This document shows positions 9,886 to 19,889 of a stretch of DNA of 64,000 bases, one piece after another; position 1 is the first letter of the stretch; the number at the start of each line of letters is the position of its first letter. The DNA comes from an uncultured Eubacteriales bacterium. GTDB lineage: Bacteria > Bacillota > Clostridia > Oscillospirales > Oscillospiraceae. Under the pieces are notes generated by a model. The model saw only the letters and a program-made list of their open reading frames with translations, did no database searches and was not told the origin of the DNA. Where the stretch lies: contig URXW01000003.1 in the NCBI GenBank assembly GCA_900551995.1, positions 3,196 through 67,195 of the forward strand, written 5' to 3'. The position numbers were made by a program, and so were the translations under genes.

Positions 9886-10548
9886 ATGGACAAAGAATTG
9901 CAGGACATTCTCGCCCGGGTGGATCACACGCTGCTGGCGCAGGGTGCCACTTGGGGCGAGATCAAGACGATCTGCGACGACGGCGTGAAGTACGGCTGCG
10001 CCAGCGTCTGTATCCCCGCCAGCTATGTGCGGCAGGCGGCGGAGTACGTGGACGGCAAGATCGCCATTTGCACCGTCATCGGCTTCCCCAACGGCTACGA
10101 CACCACCGCCGCCAAGTGCTTCGAGGCGTCTGACGCCGTGAAAAACGGCGCGTCCGAAATCGACATGGTCATCAATGTGGGCTGGGTGAAGGATCGCCTG
10201 TACGACAAGGTGCTGGAGGAGATCAAGGCGGTCAAGGCCGCCTGCGGCGGCAAGCTGCTGAAGGTCATCATCGAAACGTGCCTGCTGACCGAGGAGGAGA
10301 AGATCGAGCTGTGCCGCGTGGTGTCCCAGTCCGGCGCGGAGTATATCAAGACCTCCACCGGCTTCGGCGGCGGCGGTGCCACCCGCGAGGACGTGGCTCT
10401 GTTCAAAAAGCACGTGGCTCCCCACGTGAAGATCAAGGCCGCCGGCGGCATCGCCGATCTGAACGACGCCAAGGACTTCATCGCGCTGGGCGCGGATCGT
10501 CTGGGCACCAGCCGTATCGTCAAGGCCGTAGAAGCAATGGAAAAGTGA
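9886..10548 (+). CDS. deoC: Deoxyribose-phosphate aldolase
   Basis: [47 protein letters not shown]. Confidence 0.97.
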   Translation: MDKELQDILARVDHTLLAQGATWGEIKTICDDGVKYGCASVCIPASYVRQAAEYVDGKIAICTVIGFPNGYDTTAAKCFEASDAVKNGASEIDMVINVGWVKDRLYDKVLEEIKAVKAACGGKLLKVIIETCLLTEEEKIELCRVVSQSGAEYIKTSTGFGGGGATREDVALFKKHVAPHVKIKAAGGIADLNDAKDFIALGADRLGTSRIVKAVEAMEK

Positions 10549-10582
10549 GAAGATTACGTGAGAAGATAAGGAGATAACGACT

Positions 10583-11299
10583 ATGCCTACTCCCCATAAC
10601 AATGCCCAGAAGGGCGACTTCGCCAAGACCGTTCTCATGCCCGGTGATCCCCTGCGGGCAAAATTCATCGCCGAGACGTTCCTCACCGCGCCGAAGCTGG
10701 TGAACAACGTCCGCGGCGTGCAGGGCTATACCGGCACCTATAAGGGCGTGCCCGTCTCCGTCATGGCAAGCGGCATGGGTATCCCCTCCATCGGCATTTA
10801 CTCCTATGAGCTGTACACCCAGTACGATGTGGAGAACATTATCCGCGTCGGCTCCGCCGGTGCCATGCGCGCCGAGCTGGAGCTGGGCAGCGTGGTGGCG
10901 GGACAGGGTGCCTGCACCAACTCCGATTTCGCCAGCCAGTACGAGCTGGGCGGTCACTTCGCCCCTATCTGCGACTTCGAGCTGCTGATGGCGGCTGTGG
11001 AGAGTGCCAAGGAGCTGAACGTGAAGATGCCCGTGGGCAACCTCTATTCCTCCGACACGTTCTACGACGCCGCCGGACGCAACAACCGCTTCGGCAAAAT
11101 GGGTGCGCTGGCGGTGGAGATGGAAGCTGCCGGGCTGTACTGCACCGCCGCCTATCTGGGCAAGCGTGCGCTGGCGATCTGCTCCATCTCCGATAACCTC
11201 GTCACCGGTGAGGAGCTGTCCGCCGACGAGCGGCAGACCACCTTTACCAATACGATGAAGATCGCCTTGGAGGCTGCCGTGAAAATGGCGCAGAAATGA
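10583..11299 (+). CDS. deoD: Purine nucleoside phosphorylase (hexameric type)
   Basis: MPTPHN, VLMPGDPLRAK, GMGIPS, IIRVGSAG, VEMEAA. Confidence 0.97.
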   Translation: MPTPHNNAQKGDFAKTVLMPGDPLRAKFIAETFLTAPKLVNNVRGVQGYTGTYKGVPVSVMASGMGIPSIGIYSYELYTQYDVENIIRVGSAGAMRAELELGSVVAGQGACTNSDFASQYELGGHFAPICDFELLMAAVESAKELNVKMPVGNLYSSDTFYDAAGRNNRFGKMGALAVEMEAAGLYCTAAYLGKRALAICSISDNLVTGEELSADERQTTFTNTMKIALEAAVKMAQK

Positions 11300-11563
11300 C
11301 CCGTCCACCGGCGCGGAGCGCAGCCCCGCGCCGGTGTTGCTTTCCCCGCAAAGCAGCGGGTTTTGTGCGATTTTTGCAAATAATCTGTAAACATTTGGTT
11401 ACATTTGTTTACAATTCACCGGCAAAACGCTGTTTTCGCTTGCCAAATGTAAAAAAGCCTGCTATAATGCACAAGGCACGAGGAGGAAACGACCCCGTGC
11501 CATACCATTGGTTTTCCCGCCGCAAGGCGCGAAAATAAAATAAATTAGGAAGGTAGTATAACC

Positions 11564-12820
11564 ATGAAGAAGTTTCTTGCTATGATCCTGGCTCTGGTTA
11601 TGGCTCTGTCCCTCGTCGCCTGCGGCGAGAAGAAGGACGATACCAAGACCAACGATAACCAGGGTGACACCGTTGAGACCACTTACAAGGTCGCCATGAT
11701 CACCGACTACGGTGACATCACCGACCAGTCCTTCAACCAGACCACCTACGAGGCCTGCAAGGCGTTCGCCGAGGCAAACAAGATTGAGTTCTCTTACTTC
11801 AAGCCCGTCGGCGACAACACCGCTGACCGTGTGGCTATGATCGAGAGTGCCGTTGACCAGGGCTACAACGTCATCGTGATGCCCGGCTACGCCTTCGGCG
11901 GTGCCATCGTCGAGGCTGCTCCCCAGCACAAGGACGTTAAGTTCATCGCGCTGGACGTGGCCAAGGGCGACCTGCTGGAGGCCGGTGTGGCCGCCGCCGG
12001 TGAGGAGTATGACTACAACCCCGACAACTGGGATCTGGCTAAGTATGTTGACATGAGCAACGTGTACTGCGCCATCTATCAGGAAGAGCTGTGCGGCTAC
12101 ATGGCCGGCTACGCTGCTGTGAAGCTGGGCTACAAGAACCTGGGCTTCCTGGGCGGCATGGCTGTCCCCGCTGTTCAGCGCTACGGCCTGGGCTTCGTTC
12201 AGGGTGTTGACGCTGCTGCTGCCGAGCTGAAGCTGACCGATGTGAAGGTCAACTATGTGTACGGCGGTCAGTTCTTCGGCGATGCTGACATCACCGCTGT
12301 GATGGATACCTGGTATGCCGGCGGCACCGAGGTCGTGTTCGCCTGCGGCGGCGGTATCTACACCTCCGCTGTGGACGCTGCCAAGAAGGTCGAGGGTGCC
12401 AAGGTCATCGGCGTTGACGTTGACCAGGCTGGCGTTATCGCCAACTACGCTGCCGGCGAGGGTGCCGACGAGGCTACCGTCGAGGGCTACAAGGCTCTGA
12501 CCGTTACCTCCGCCATGAAGGGTCTGTATCCCGCCACCTACGACACGCTGACCGACGTTATCGTCAATGGCAACTGGGCAAACTACGTGGGCAAGATCGA
12601 CAACCTGGGTCTGGTGTCCGCGGACGATCCCGCTCTGAACTATGTCCAGATCCCCATGGAGTCCACTCAGTGGGCTGATGGCAAGTTCACCCAGGATGAT
12701 TACAAGACTCTGGTGAAGGCTATGTTCGACGGCACTCTGACCGTCAGCAACGACATCACCAAGTCCGCCAAGGACTTCGCCACCGTCATCACTCTGGATG
12801 ATCAGGGCAAGATCAAGTAA
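11564..12820 (+). CDS. BMP-family nucleoside-binding lipoprotein
   Basis: Lipobox LVAC, DQSFNQ, GFLGGM, VIGVDVDQ, TSAMK; next to deoD. Confidence 0.92.
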   Translation: MKKFLAMILALVMALSLVACGEKKDDTKTNDNQGDTVETTYKVAMITDYGDITDQSFNQTTYEACKAFAEANKIEFSYFKPVGDNTADRVAMIESAVDQGYNVIVMPGYAFGGAIVEAAPQHKDVKFIALDVAKGDLLEAGVAAAGEEYDYNPDNWDLAKYVDMSNVYCAIYQEELCGYMAGYAAVKLGYKNLGFLGGMAVPAVQRYGLGFVQGVDAAAAELKLTDVKVNYVYGGQFFGDADITAVMDTWYAGGTEVVFACGGGIYTSAVDAAKKVEGAKVIGVDVDQAGVIANYAAGEGADEATVEGYKALTVTSAMKGLYPATYDTLTDVIVNGNWANYVGKIDNLGLVSADDPALNYVQIPMESTQWADGKFTQDDYKTLVKAMFDGTLTVSNDITKSAKDFATVITLDDQGKIK

Positions 12821-12833
12821 ATCTGTACTTAAT

Positions 12834-12872
12834 CAAAAAAAGAAAGACCGCTTCGGCGGTCTTTCTTTTTTG
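12834..12872 (+). terminator. Terminator/stabilising hairpin after the BMP gene
   Basis: AAAAAAGAAAGACCGC-TTCG-GCGGTCTTTCTTTTTT. Confidence 0.8.
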
Positions 12873-13040
12873 CCCGCTCCCCAGTACCGGGAACGGCGAA
12901 AGGACGGGGAAATAGGCAAAACATACGAAATTGCCTTTGCTTTATGAAAAGATGTATAGTATAATAAGTTATCTATTGTGGTTTCCGTCCCCGCAGAGGC
13001 GAAAAGCGGCGGGCCATAAAACGGAAGGGAGGGCGAAAAC

Positions 13041-14579
13041 TTGGACACACCGTATGCAATCGAAATGCTGCACATCACAAAACGGTTTCCCGGTATCATC
13101 GCCAATGACGACATCACGCTTCAGCTGAAGAAGGGTGAGATCCACGCCCTGCTGGGCGAAAACGGCGCGGGCAAATCCACGCTGATGAGCGTGCTGTTCG
13201 GACTGTACCAGCCGGAGGAGGGCACCATCAAGAAGGACGGCGTGGAGGTATCCATCAAGGATCCCAACGACGCCAACGCGCTGGGCATCGGCATGGTGCA
13301 CCAGCACTTCAAGCTGGTGGAATGCTTCACCGTGCTGGACAACATCATCATGGGCGTGGAGCCCACCAAAGGCGGCTTCCTGCAAAAGAAGGAAGCGCGG
13401 GAAAAGGTCATGGCTCTCAGCGAGAAATACGGGCTGCAAATCGACCCGGACGCCACCATCGAGGACATCACCGTGGGTATGCAGCAGCGCACCGAGATCC
13501 TGAAAATGCTCTACCGCGACAACGAGATCCTCATTTTCGACGAGCCTACCGCCGTCCTGACGCCGCAGGAGATCGACGAGCTGATGGAGATCATGCGGAA
13601 TCTGGCGGCGGAGGGTAAGAGCATCCTCTTCATCTCCCACAAGCTCAACGAGATCATGGCGGTGTCCGACCGCTGCACCGTGCTCCGCAAGGGCAAGTGC
13701 ATCGGTACCGTGGAGACGAAGGACACCAGCGTGGAGCAGCTCTCCGCCATGATGGTGGGGCGCGACGTCAGCTTCCACGTGGAGAAAAAGCCCTGCCACC
13801 CCGGCGAGGTGGTGCTGGACGTGTCCCACATGACCGTGGGCAGCAAGGTGCACAAGAACGACGCTGTCAAGGACGTGAGTCTGAAGGTGCGCGGCGGCGA
13901 GATCGTCTGCATCGCCGGCATCGACGGCAACGGACAGACGGAGTTCGTCTACGGGCTTACCGGTCTGGAGCCTGTGACCTCCGGCACGATCACCCTGAAC
14001 GGGCATGACATCACGAAAATGCCCATCCGCAAGCGGAACATCCTCGGTATGTCCCACATCCCGGAGGATCGCCACAAGCACGGCTTGGTGCTGGACTACT
14101 CACTGGAGGACAATCTGGTGCTGGAGCGGTACTTCGAGCCGGAATTCACCGACAAGGCGGGCTTCCTCCGCCGCGACAACATCCGCAAGTATGCGGAGAA
14201 GCTCATCGACCAGTACGACGTCCGCAGCGGACAGGGACCCATCACTATCGCCCGCAGTATGTCCGGCGGCAACCAGCAGAAGGCCATCGTGGCGCGGGAG
14301 ATCGACAAGGATCCGGAGCTGCTGGTGGCTGTCCAGCCCACACGCGGTCTGGACGTGGGTGCCATTGAGTACATCCACAAGCAGCTGGTGGCCCAGCGGG
14401 ACGCCGGAAAAGCGGTGCTGCTGGTGTCACTGGAGCTGGACGAGGTCATGGACGTGCCCGACCGTATTCTCGTCATGTACGAGGGCGAGATCGTGGGCGA
14501 GCTGGATCCCAAGACCACCACGCAGGAGGAGCTGGGTCTGTATATGGCGGGTGCCAAGAGAGACGAGGTGACGGCATGA
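13041..14579 (+). CDS. Nucleoside ABC transporter ATP-binding protein (CUT2, tandem NBD)
   Basis: GENGAGKST, DEPTAVL, SGGNQQK, QPTRGLDVGA; TTG start. Confidence 0.95.
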   Translation: MDTPYAIEMLHITKRFPGIIANDDITLQLKKGEIHALLGENGAGKSTLMSVLFGLYQPEEGTIKKDGVEVSIKDPNDANALGIGMVHQHFKLVECFTVLDNIIMGVEPTKGGFLQKKEAREKVMALSEKYGLQIDPDATIEDITVGMQQRTEILKMLYRDNEILIFDEPTAVLTPQEIDELMEIMRNLAAEGKSILFISHKLNEIMAVSDRCTVLRKGKCIGTVETKDTSVEQLSAMMVGRDVSFHVEKKPCHPGEVVLDVSHMTVGSKVHKNDAVKDVSLKVRGGEIVCIAGIDGNGQTEFVYGLTGLEPVTSGTITLNGHDITKMPIRKRNILGMSHIPEDRHKHGLVLDYSLEDNLVLERYFEPEFTDKAGFLRRDNIRKYAEKLIDQYDVRSGQGPITIARSMSGGNQQKAIVAREIDKDPELLVAVQPTRGLDVGAIEYIHKQLVAQRDAGKAVLLVSLELDEVMDVPDRILVMYEGEIVGELDPKTTTQEELGLYMAGAKRDEVTA

Positions 14580-15739
14580 AGAAAAACATCCTGAAAAACA
14601 GCGGGGTGCAGTCGCTGCTGGCGTCCCTGCTGTGCGTCGTCCTCGGTCTGCTCATCGGCTACGTGGTGCTGCTGTTCATCAACCCTAACGGCGCGGGCGA
14701 GGCGATCTCCGCCGTGATGAAAAACTTCCTCACGTACAGTAAGGCGGAAACGCAGGCAAAGTATCTGGGCAACACACTGGTAAAGACGGCGCCGCTGCTC
14801 ATGTGCTCCCTGTCCATCCTGTTTGCCTATAAGGTGGGCCTGTTCAACATCGGCGTCGCCGGCCAGTATTGCTTCGGCGTGGCACTGAGCCTCTACGCCG
14901 CACTGGCGTGGGGCTGGGGCTGGCTGCCCTGTATGCTTCTGGCGATGTTGGGCGGCGCACTGCTGGGTGCCGTCTCCGGTCTGCTGAAATCCTACTGCAA
15001 CGTCAACGAGGTCATCTCCGGCATCATGCTCAACTGGATCATCCTCTATGTGACCAATATGCTGCTGACGGGGGTAAAGGAGGAGACAAGCCCCTATACC
15101 TTCGTCCTCTCCCACAAGAATGCCGCCGCCGTCCTGCCCTCTCTGGGCTTGGGCAAGCTGTTCAACGGCAATCAGTATGTGGGTCTGGCGATCCCCCTGT
15201 CGGTGGTCATCGCCGTGGTGGTTTGGGTGGTGCTGGAAAAGACCCGCTTCGGCTACGAGCTCCGTGCCACCGGAAACAACAAGAACGCCGCCAAATACTG
15301 CGGCATGGCGGAAAAGCGCAACATCATCCTGACACTTGCCATCTCCGGTGCGCTGGCGGGCATGGGCGCGGCGATGCTCTATCTGACGGGCTACGAGCAG
15401 TGGCAGTGCTCCACCTCCTCCGTCCCCGGCATGGGCTTCAACGGTATCGCCGCCGCGTTCCTTGGCGGTCTGAACCCCTTCGGCACCATTCTGGCGTCCT
15501 TCTTCATCCAGCATATCACCGCCGGCGGCGCGTATGTGGATAAGAGTATGTACTGCGCCCAGATCTCCGATTTGATCTCCGCCATTATCATCTACCTGTG
15601 CGGCTTCGTCCTGTTTATGAAGTACGCCATGACCTCCGCCATTTCCCGGCGCGAGGAGCGGGCGGCACTTGCCGCCAAGGAGAAAGCACAGACGTCCGCG
15701 CCTGCGCCCGCTGACGGCGAGAAAGGAGGCGATCAGTAA
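14576..15739 (+). CDS. Nucleoside ABC transporter permease
   Basis: GLFNIGVAGQ, NEVISGIMLN, TRFGYELRATG; overlaps the previous stop (ATGA). Confidence 0.93.
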   Translation: MKKNILKNSGVQSLLASLLCVVLGLLIGYVVLLFINPNGAGEAISAVMKNFLTYSKAETQAKYLGNTLVKTAPLLMCSLSILFAYKVGLFNIGVAGQYCFGVALSLYAALAWGWGWLPCMLLAMLGGALLGAVSGLLKSYCNVNEVISGIMLNWIILYVTNMLLTGVKEETSPYTFVLSHKNAAAVLPSLGLGKLFNGNQYVGLAIPLSVVIAVVVWVVLEKTRFGYELRATGNNKNAAKYCGMAEKRNIILTLAISGALAGMGAAMLYLTGYEQWQCSTSSVPGMGFNGIAAAFLGGLNPFGTILASFFIQHITAGGAYVDKSMYCAQISDLISAIIIYLCGFVLFMKYAMTSAISRREERAALAAKEKAQTSAPAPADGEKGGDQ

Positions 15740-16680
15740 TGGTACTGCTGCTGCAATATACGCTGACCTTCGCCTCCGTGCTGATCCTCGTGGCTTTGGG
15801 CGGCTGCTTCTCGGAGCACTCCGGCGTCATCAATCTGGGTCTGGAGGGCGTCATGATCATGGGCGCGCTGGGCGGCGCGCTGGCGATGCGCTATATGCCC
15901 TCCACCTCCACCGCCTTCTCCATGCTGCTGGTGGTGCTGCTGGCGGCGGCACTTGCCGGCACGGTCTATTCCAGTTTGCTGGCGGTGGCGTGCATCAATT
16001 TCAAGGCGGATCAGACCATCGTCGGTACGGCACTGAATATGCTGGGCACCGCCGGTGCCACCGTTATCGTCAAGGCGATCAATACGGCGGCGAACCCCGA
16101 CGACGTGTCCTCCACCATCCAGTACGCCGGTGCCAAAAAAGCCTTTCTGGTGAACATCGGCTCCTTTGAGTTCAGCTGGTTCATGCTGGTGACGGTGCTG
16201 CTGCTCATCGCGGCGTATGTGGTGCTGTACAAGACCCGCTTCGGTCTGCGCCTTATGGCGTGCGGCGAGCATCCGCAGGCGGCGGACTCCGTGGGCATCA
16301 ACGTCTACAAAATGCGCTGGGCGGGCGTCCTTATCTCCGGTATGCTGGGCGGCCTCGGCGGTATCGTGTTTATCACCGCCGGCGTGTCCGAGTGGCGGTT
16401 TGAGTACGGCGTGGCGGGCTTCGGCTTCCTGTCTCTGGCGGTGATGATCTTCGGTCAGTGGAAGCCCACCCGTATCGCGCTGGCGGCTCTGCTGTTCGGA
16501 CTGTTCCGCGCATTGTCCAACGTGTACGCGGGCTTCGAGTTCCTGAAGAACCTCAACCTCCCCAGCCCCGTGTACAACATGATGCCCTACATCATCTCTC
16601 TGGTGGTGCTGGCATTCACCTCCAAGAAATCCCGCGCACCCAAGGCGGAGGGTATCCCCTACGACAAGGGGCAGCGGTAA
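15739..16680 (+). CDS. Nucleoside ABC transporter permease
   Basis: SEHSGVINLGLEG, TRFGLRLMACGEHPQAADSVGINV, FGQWKP. Confidence 0.93.
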   Translation: MVLLLQYTLTFASVLILVALGGCFSEHSGVINLGLEGVMIMGALGGALAMRYMPSTSTAFSMLLVVLLAAALAGTVYSSLLAVACINFKADQTIVGTALNMLGTAGATVIVKAINTAANPDDVSSTIQYAGAKKAFLVNIGSFEFSWFMLVTVLLLIAAYVVLYKTRFGLRLMACGEHPQAADSVGINVYKMRWAGVLISGMLGGLGGIVFITAGVSEWRFEYGVAGFGFLSLAVMIFGQWKPTRIALAALLFGLFRALSNVYAGFEFLKNLNLPSPVYNMMPYIISLVVLAFTSKKSRAPKAEGIPYDKGQR

Positions 16681-16689
16681 GCGTTCACG

Positions 16690-16718
16690 GAAAAAGCACC
16701 CGGAAGGGTGCTTTTTTC
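16690..16718 (+). terminator. Terminator after the ABC operon
   Basis: AAAAAGCACCC-GGAA-GGGTGCTTTTT. Confidence 0.75.
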
Positions 16719-16833
16719 CTGCGATTTTACGTGGATTTTACAATATCTCTCCTGCGGATTTGACATTCATCCCGTAGTATATAAGCGGACAAGAATGTGA
16801 CATCGAAAAGAATGTAAAGCGAGGGAGAGAAAC

Positions 16834-18579
16834 ATGGATATTTTTCACGTACTGACCATGCTGGGCGGGCTGTGCCTGTTCCTGTTCGGCATGAATTTCA
16901 TGGGGCAGGCATTGGAACGCCGCGCCGGCGGCAAGCTGCGGACGCTGCTGGACAGAATGACCGGCAGCGTGGGCGCGGGCTTTCTGACGGGTCTGGGCAT
17001 CACCGCCATTATCCAAAGCTCGTCCGCCACCACGGTGATGGTGGTGGGCTTCGTGAACTCCGGGCTGATGACGCTGCGTCAGGCGATCAACGTCATTATG
17101 GGTGCCAACGTGGGCACCACCGTTACTGCGTGGCTGCTGAGCCTCGCCGGTATCGACAGCGGCAGCACGTGGGTGCAGTTGCTGAAGCCCACCTCCTTCA
17201 CGCCGGTGCTGGCACTGGTGGGCATCATCTTCTATATGTTCTGCAAGGACAGCCGCAAGAAGGACACCGGCTCCATCCTGCTGGGCTTCGCCACGCTGAT
17301 GTTCGGCATGGACGCCATGAGCGGTGCCGTGGCAGGCTTGAAGGATGTGCCGGGCTTCGCGGATCTGTTCCTCGCCTTCACGAACCCTCTGCTGGGCGTG
17401 CTGGTGGGCGCGCTGCTGACGGCGATCATCCAGTCCTCCTCCGCCTCCGTGGGTATCCTGCAGGCACTGGCGGGCACGGGTCAGGTCAGCTACGCCGCTG
17501 CCGTGCCCATCATCATGGGACAGAATATCGGCACCTGCGTCACCGCGCTGATCTCCTGCGTGGGCACCAACAAGAACGCAAAGCGCGCCGCCATGGTGCA
17601 CCTGCTGTTCAACGTTATCGGTGTGGCGGTGCTGCTGACGGTGTTCTGCATCGTCAAGGCGTTATTCGCCCCGGCTCTCCTCCAGCAGCCGGCGTCCATG
17701 GCAGGTATCGCCGTGGCACACTCGGCGTTCAACCTCCTGTGCACCGCCATGCTGCTGCCCTGCGGTACCTTGCTGGAGGAGCTGGCGATCCGCATGGTGC
17801 CCGACCGGGCGCAGACGGAGGAAAAGACCGTGGAGCTGGATCAACGTCTGCTGGCGACGCCCTCTGTGGCGTTGGAACGCTGCCGCGTCGTCACCTGCGA
17901 GATGGCGGAGATCGCCGTCCGCTCCCTGCGTAACGCCATACGCAGCTTCGACCACTACACCGACACGCTGGCGGCGTCTATCCGGGAGGACGAGGATCAC
18001 TGCGACCGGTACGAGGACGCGCTGGGTACGTATCTGGTGAAGCTGAGTGCCCTGAAAATGGGCGAGGACGAGAGCGAGGAGGCGGCGGAGCTGCTGAAGG
18101 TCATCGGCGACTTCGAGCGTATCTCCGACCACGCGGTGAACGTGCTGGAATCGGCGGAGGAGCTTCACAGCAAGGGGCTGTCCTTCAGCGACGCGGCAAA
18201 GCACGAGCTTTCCGTCCTGTCCGCCGCCGTCAACGACATCCTCACCCTGTCCCTCCGCGCCTTCCGGGAGGGCGAGCTGTCCGCCGCCCGTCAGGTAGAG
18301 CCGATGGAGCAGGTCATCGACGAGCTGAAGGAGCAGCTGCGTACCCGCCACATCCTGCGTCTCCAGCAGGGACAGTGCAGCATCGAAACGGGCTTCATCT
18401 GGTCCGACCTGCTGACGGATCTGGAGCGCACCTCCGACCATTGCTCCAATATCGCCGGCTGCGTCATCGACGCCAAGCAGCACGAGCTGAACCTCCACGC
18501 CACGCTGGACGCAGCGCGGCAGCAGACCGGCTCCTTCCAAGCAGCATACCGCGCCTGCGCGGAGAAATACCGGGTATAA
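16834..18579 (+). CDS. Na+/Pi cotransporter family protein with C-terminal PhoU-like domains
   Basis: Two QSSS repeats, GANVGTT/GQNIGTC, DFERISDH and DLERTSDH. Confidence 0.93.
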   Translation: MDIFHVLTMLGGLCLFLFGMNFMGQALERRAGGKLRTLLDRMTGSVGAGFLTGLGITAIIQSSSATTVMVVGFVNSGLMTLRQAINVIMGANVGTTVTAWLLSLAGIDSGSTWVQLLKPTSFTPVLALVGIIFYMFCKDSRKKDTGSILLGFATLMFGMDAMSGAVAGLKDVPGFADLFLAFTNPLLGVLVGALLTAIIQSSSASVGILQALAGTGQVSYAAAVPIIMGQNIGTCVTALISCVGTNKNAKRAAMVHLLFNVIGVAVLLTVFCIVKALFAPALLQQPASMAGIAVAHSAFNLLCTAMLLPCGTLLEELAIRMVPDRAQTEEKTVELDQRLLATPSVALERCRVVTCEMAEIAVRSLRNAIRSFDHYTDTLAASIREDEDHCDRYEDALGTYLVKLSALKMGEDESEEAAELLKVIGDFERISDHAVNVLESAEELHSKGLSFSDAAKHELSVLSAAVNDILTLSLRAFREGELSAARQVEPMEQVIDELKEQLRTRHILRLQQGQCSIETGFIWSDLLTDLERTSDHCSNIAGCVIDAKQHELNLHATLDAARQQTGSFQAAYRACAEKYRV

Positions 18580-18654
18580 GACCGCGAAAAAAGCCATTCC
18601 GCCCCACAGGGAGGAATGGTTTTTCTGCGTATAAAGGGGAGGGGGACGCGTCCC

Positions 18655-19779
18655 TTACTTCTTGATCTCCCCGTTGGCGGCGGCGGTCAGGTAGGCGTTA
18701 ATGAATCCGTCAATGTCGCCGTCCATCACCGCTTGGATGTTGCCCATCTCGTAGCCGGTGCGGGTGTCCTTTGCCAGCGTGTAGGGCATGAACACGTAGG
18801 AGCGGATTTGGCTGCCCCATTCGATCTTCATCTGCACGCCCTTCAGGTCGCTGATCTTCTCCGCGTGCTGCTGCAGCTTCAGCTCCGCCAGCTTGGCGCG
18901 CAGCATCTTCATGGCGTTGTCCCGGTTCTGGAACTGGCTGCGCTCCGTCTGGCAGAACACCACGATGCCCGTGGGCAGGTGGGTCAGCCGCACGGCGGAG
19001 GAGGTCTTGTTGATGTGCTGGCCGCCTGCGCCGGAGGAACGGCACGCCTGCATTTCAATGTCTTCGGGTCGAATCTCGATCTCGCTGTCGTCCTCCAGCT
19101 CCGGCATGACCTCCAGCGCGGCGAAGCTGGTCTGCCGCCGTGCGTTGGCGTCAAAGGGGCTGACGCGCACCAGGCGGTGTACGCCGTTCTCGCTCTTGAG
19201 ATAGCCGTAGGCGTTCTCACCTTCGATGAGGATGGTGGCGGACTTGATGCCCGCCTCGTCGCCGGCCTCGTAGTCCATCAGCTGATAGGTATAGCCGTGC
19301 CGCTCCGCCCAGCGGGTGTACATACGGTACAGCATCTCCGTCCAGTCCTGCGCCTCGGTGCCGCCGGCACCGGCGTGGAACGTCAGAATGGCGTTGTTGC
19401 CGTCGTACTCGCCGGACAGCAGAGCCGCCAGCCGCCGCTCACTGATCTCCTTCTCCAGCGTCTCGTAGCCGTTGGTCACTTCCTCCAGCTGGCTGGGGTC
19501 GTCCTCCTCCTGCGCCATTTCGCACAGGGTCAGCGTATCCTCCCACTCGGAAACCAGCTTGTCGTGCTTCTTGATCTTGTTTTCCAGCCGCTTCACCTGC
19601 CGGCTCACCTGCTGGCTCCGCTCCAGATCGTTCCAGAAGCCCTCCTTCTCCGTCTCCTTCTGGAGTTCGGCAAGTTCCTCCCGCGCCTTGGGGATACCCA
19701 GTGCCTTTTCCAGCTCGCCCAGCGTAGGCTCCAGAGCCAGCAGCTTCTGCTTATACTCGTCGTACTCAATAACTGCCAT
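18655..19779 (-). CDS. prfB: Peptide chain release factor 2 (continuous ORF)
   Basis: SPF tripeptide (VSPFD), GGQ motif, WGSQIRSY; ATG at 19779 after AAGGAG. Confidence 0.97.
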   Translation of the reverse strand: MAVIEYDEYKQKLLALEPTLGELEKALGIPKAREELAELQKETEKEGFWNDLERSQQVSRQVKRLENKIKKHDKLVSEWEDTLTLCEMAQEEDDPSQLEEVTNGYETLEKEISERRLAALLSGEYDGNNAILTFHAGAGGTEAQDWTEMLYRMYTRWAERHGYTYQLMDYEAGDEAGIKSATILIEGENAYGYLKSENGVHRLVRVSPFDANARRQTSFAALEVMPELEDDSEIEIRPEDIEMQACRSSGAGGQHINKTSSAVRLTHLPTGIVVFCQTERSQFQNRDNAMKMLRAKLAELKLQQHAEKISDLKGVQMKIEWGSQIRSYVFMPYTLAKDTRTGYEMGNIQAVMDGDIDGFINAYLTAAANGEIKK

Positions 19780-19889
19780 ATATCGTGTCTCCTTGCGTCT
19801 GCAAATTTCCTTAGCCTTTCTATTATAGCAAAAATCGGGCATTTGTAAAGGGGACAAAATGGGCGTGCGCTCCGCGCACGCCCATTTTG

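Noticed and set aside
11469..11563. Purine riboswitch ahead of the BMP lipoprotein
   Set aside because: Small hairpins are present, but not the conserved purine aptamer core or an expression-platform terminator
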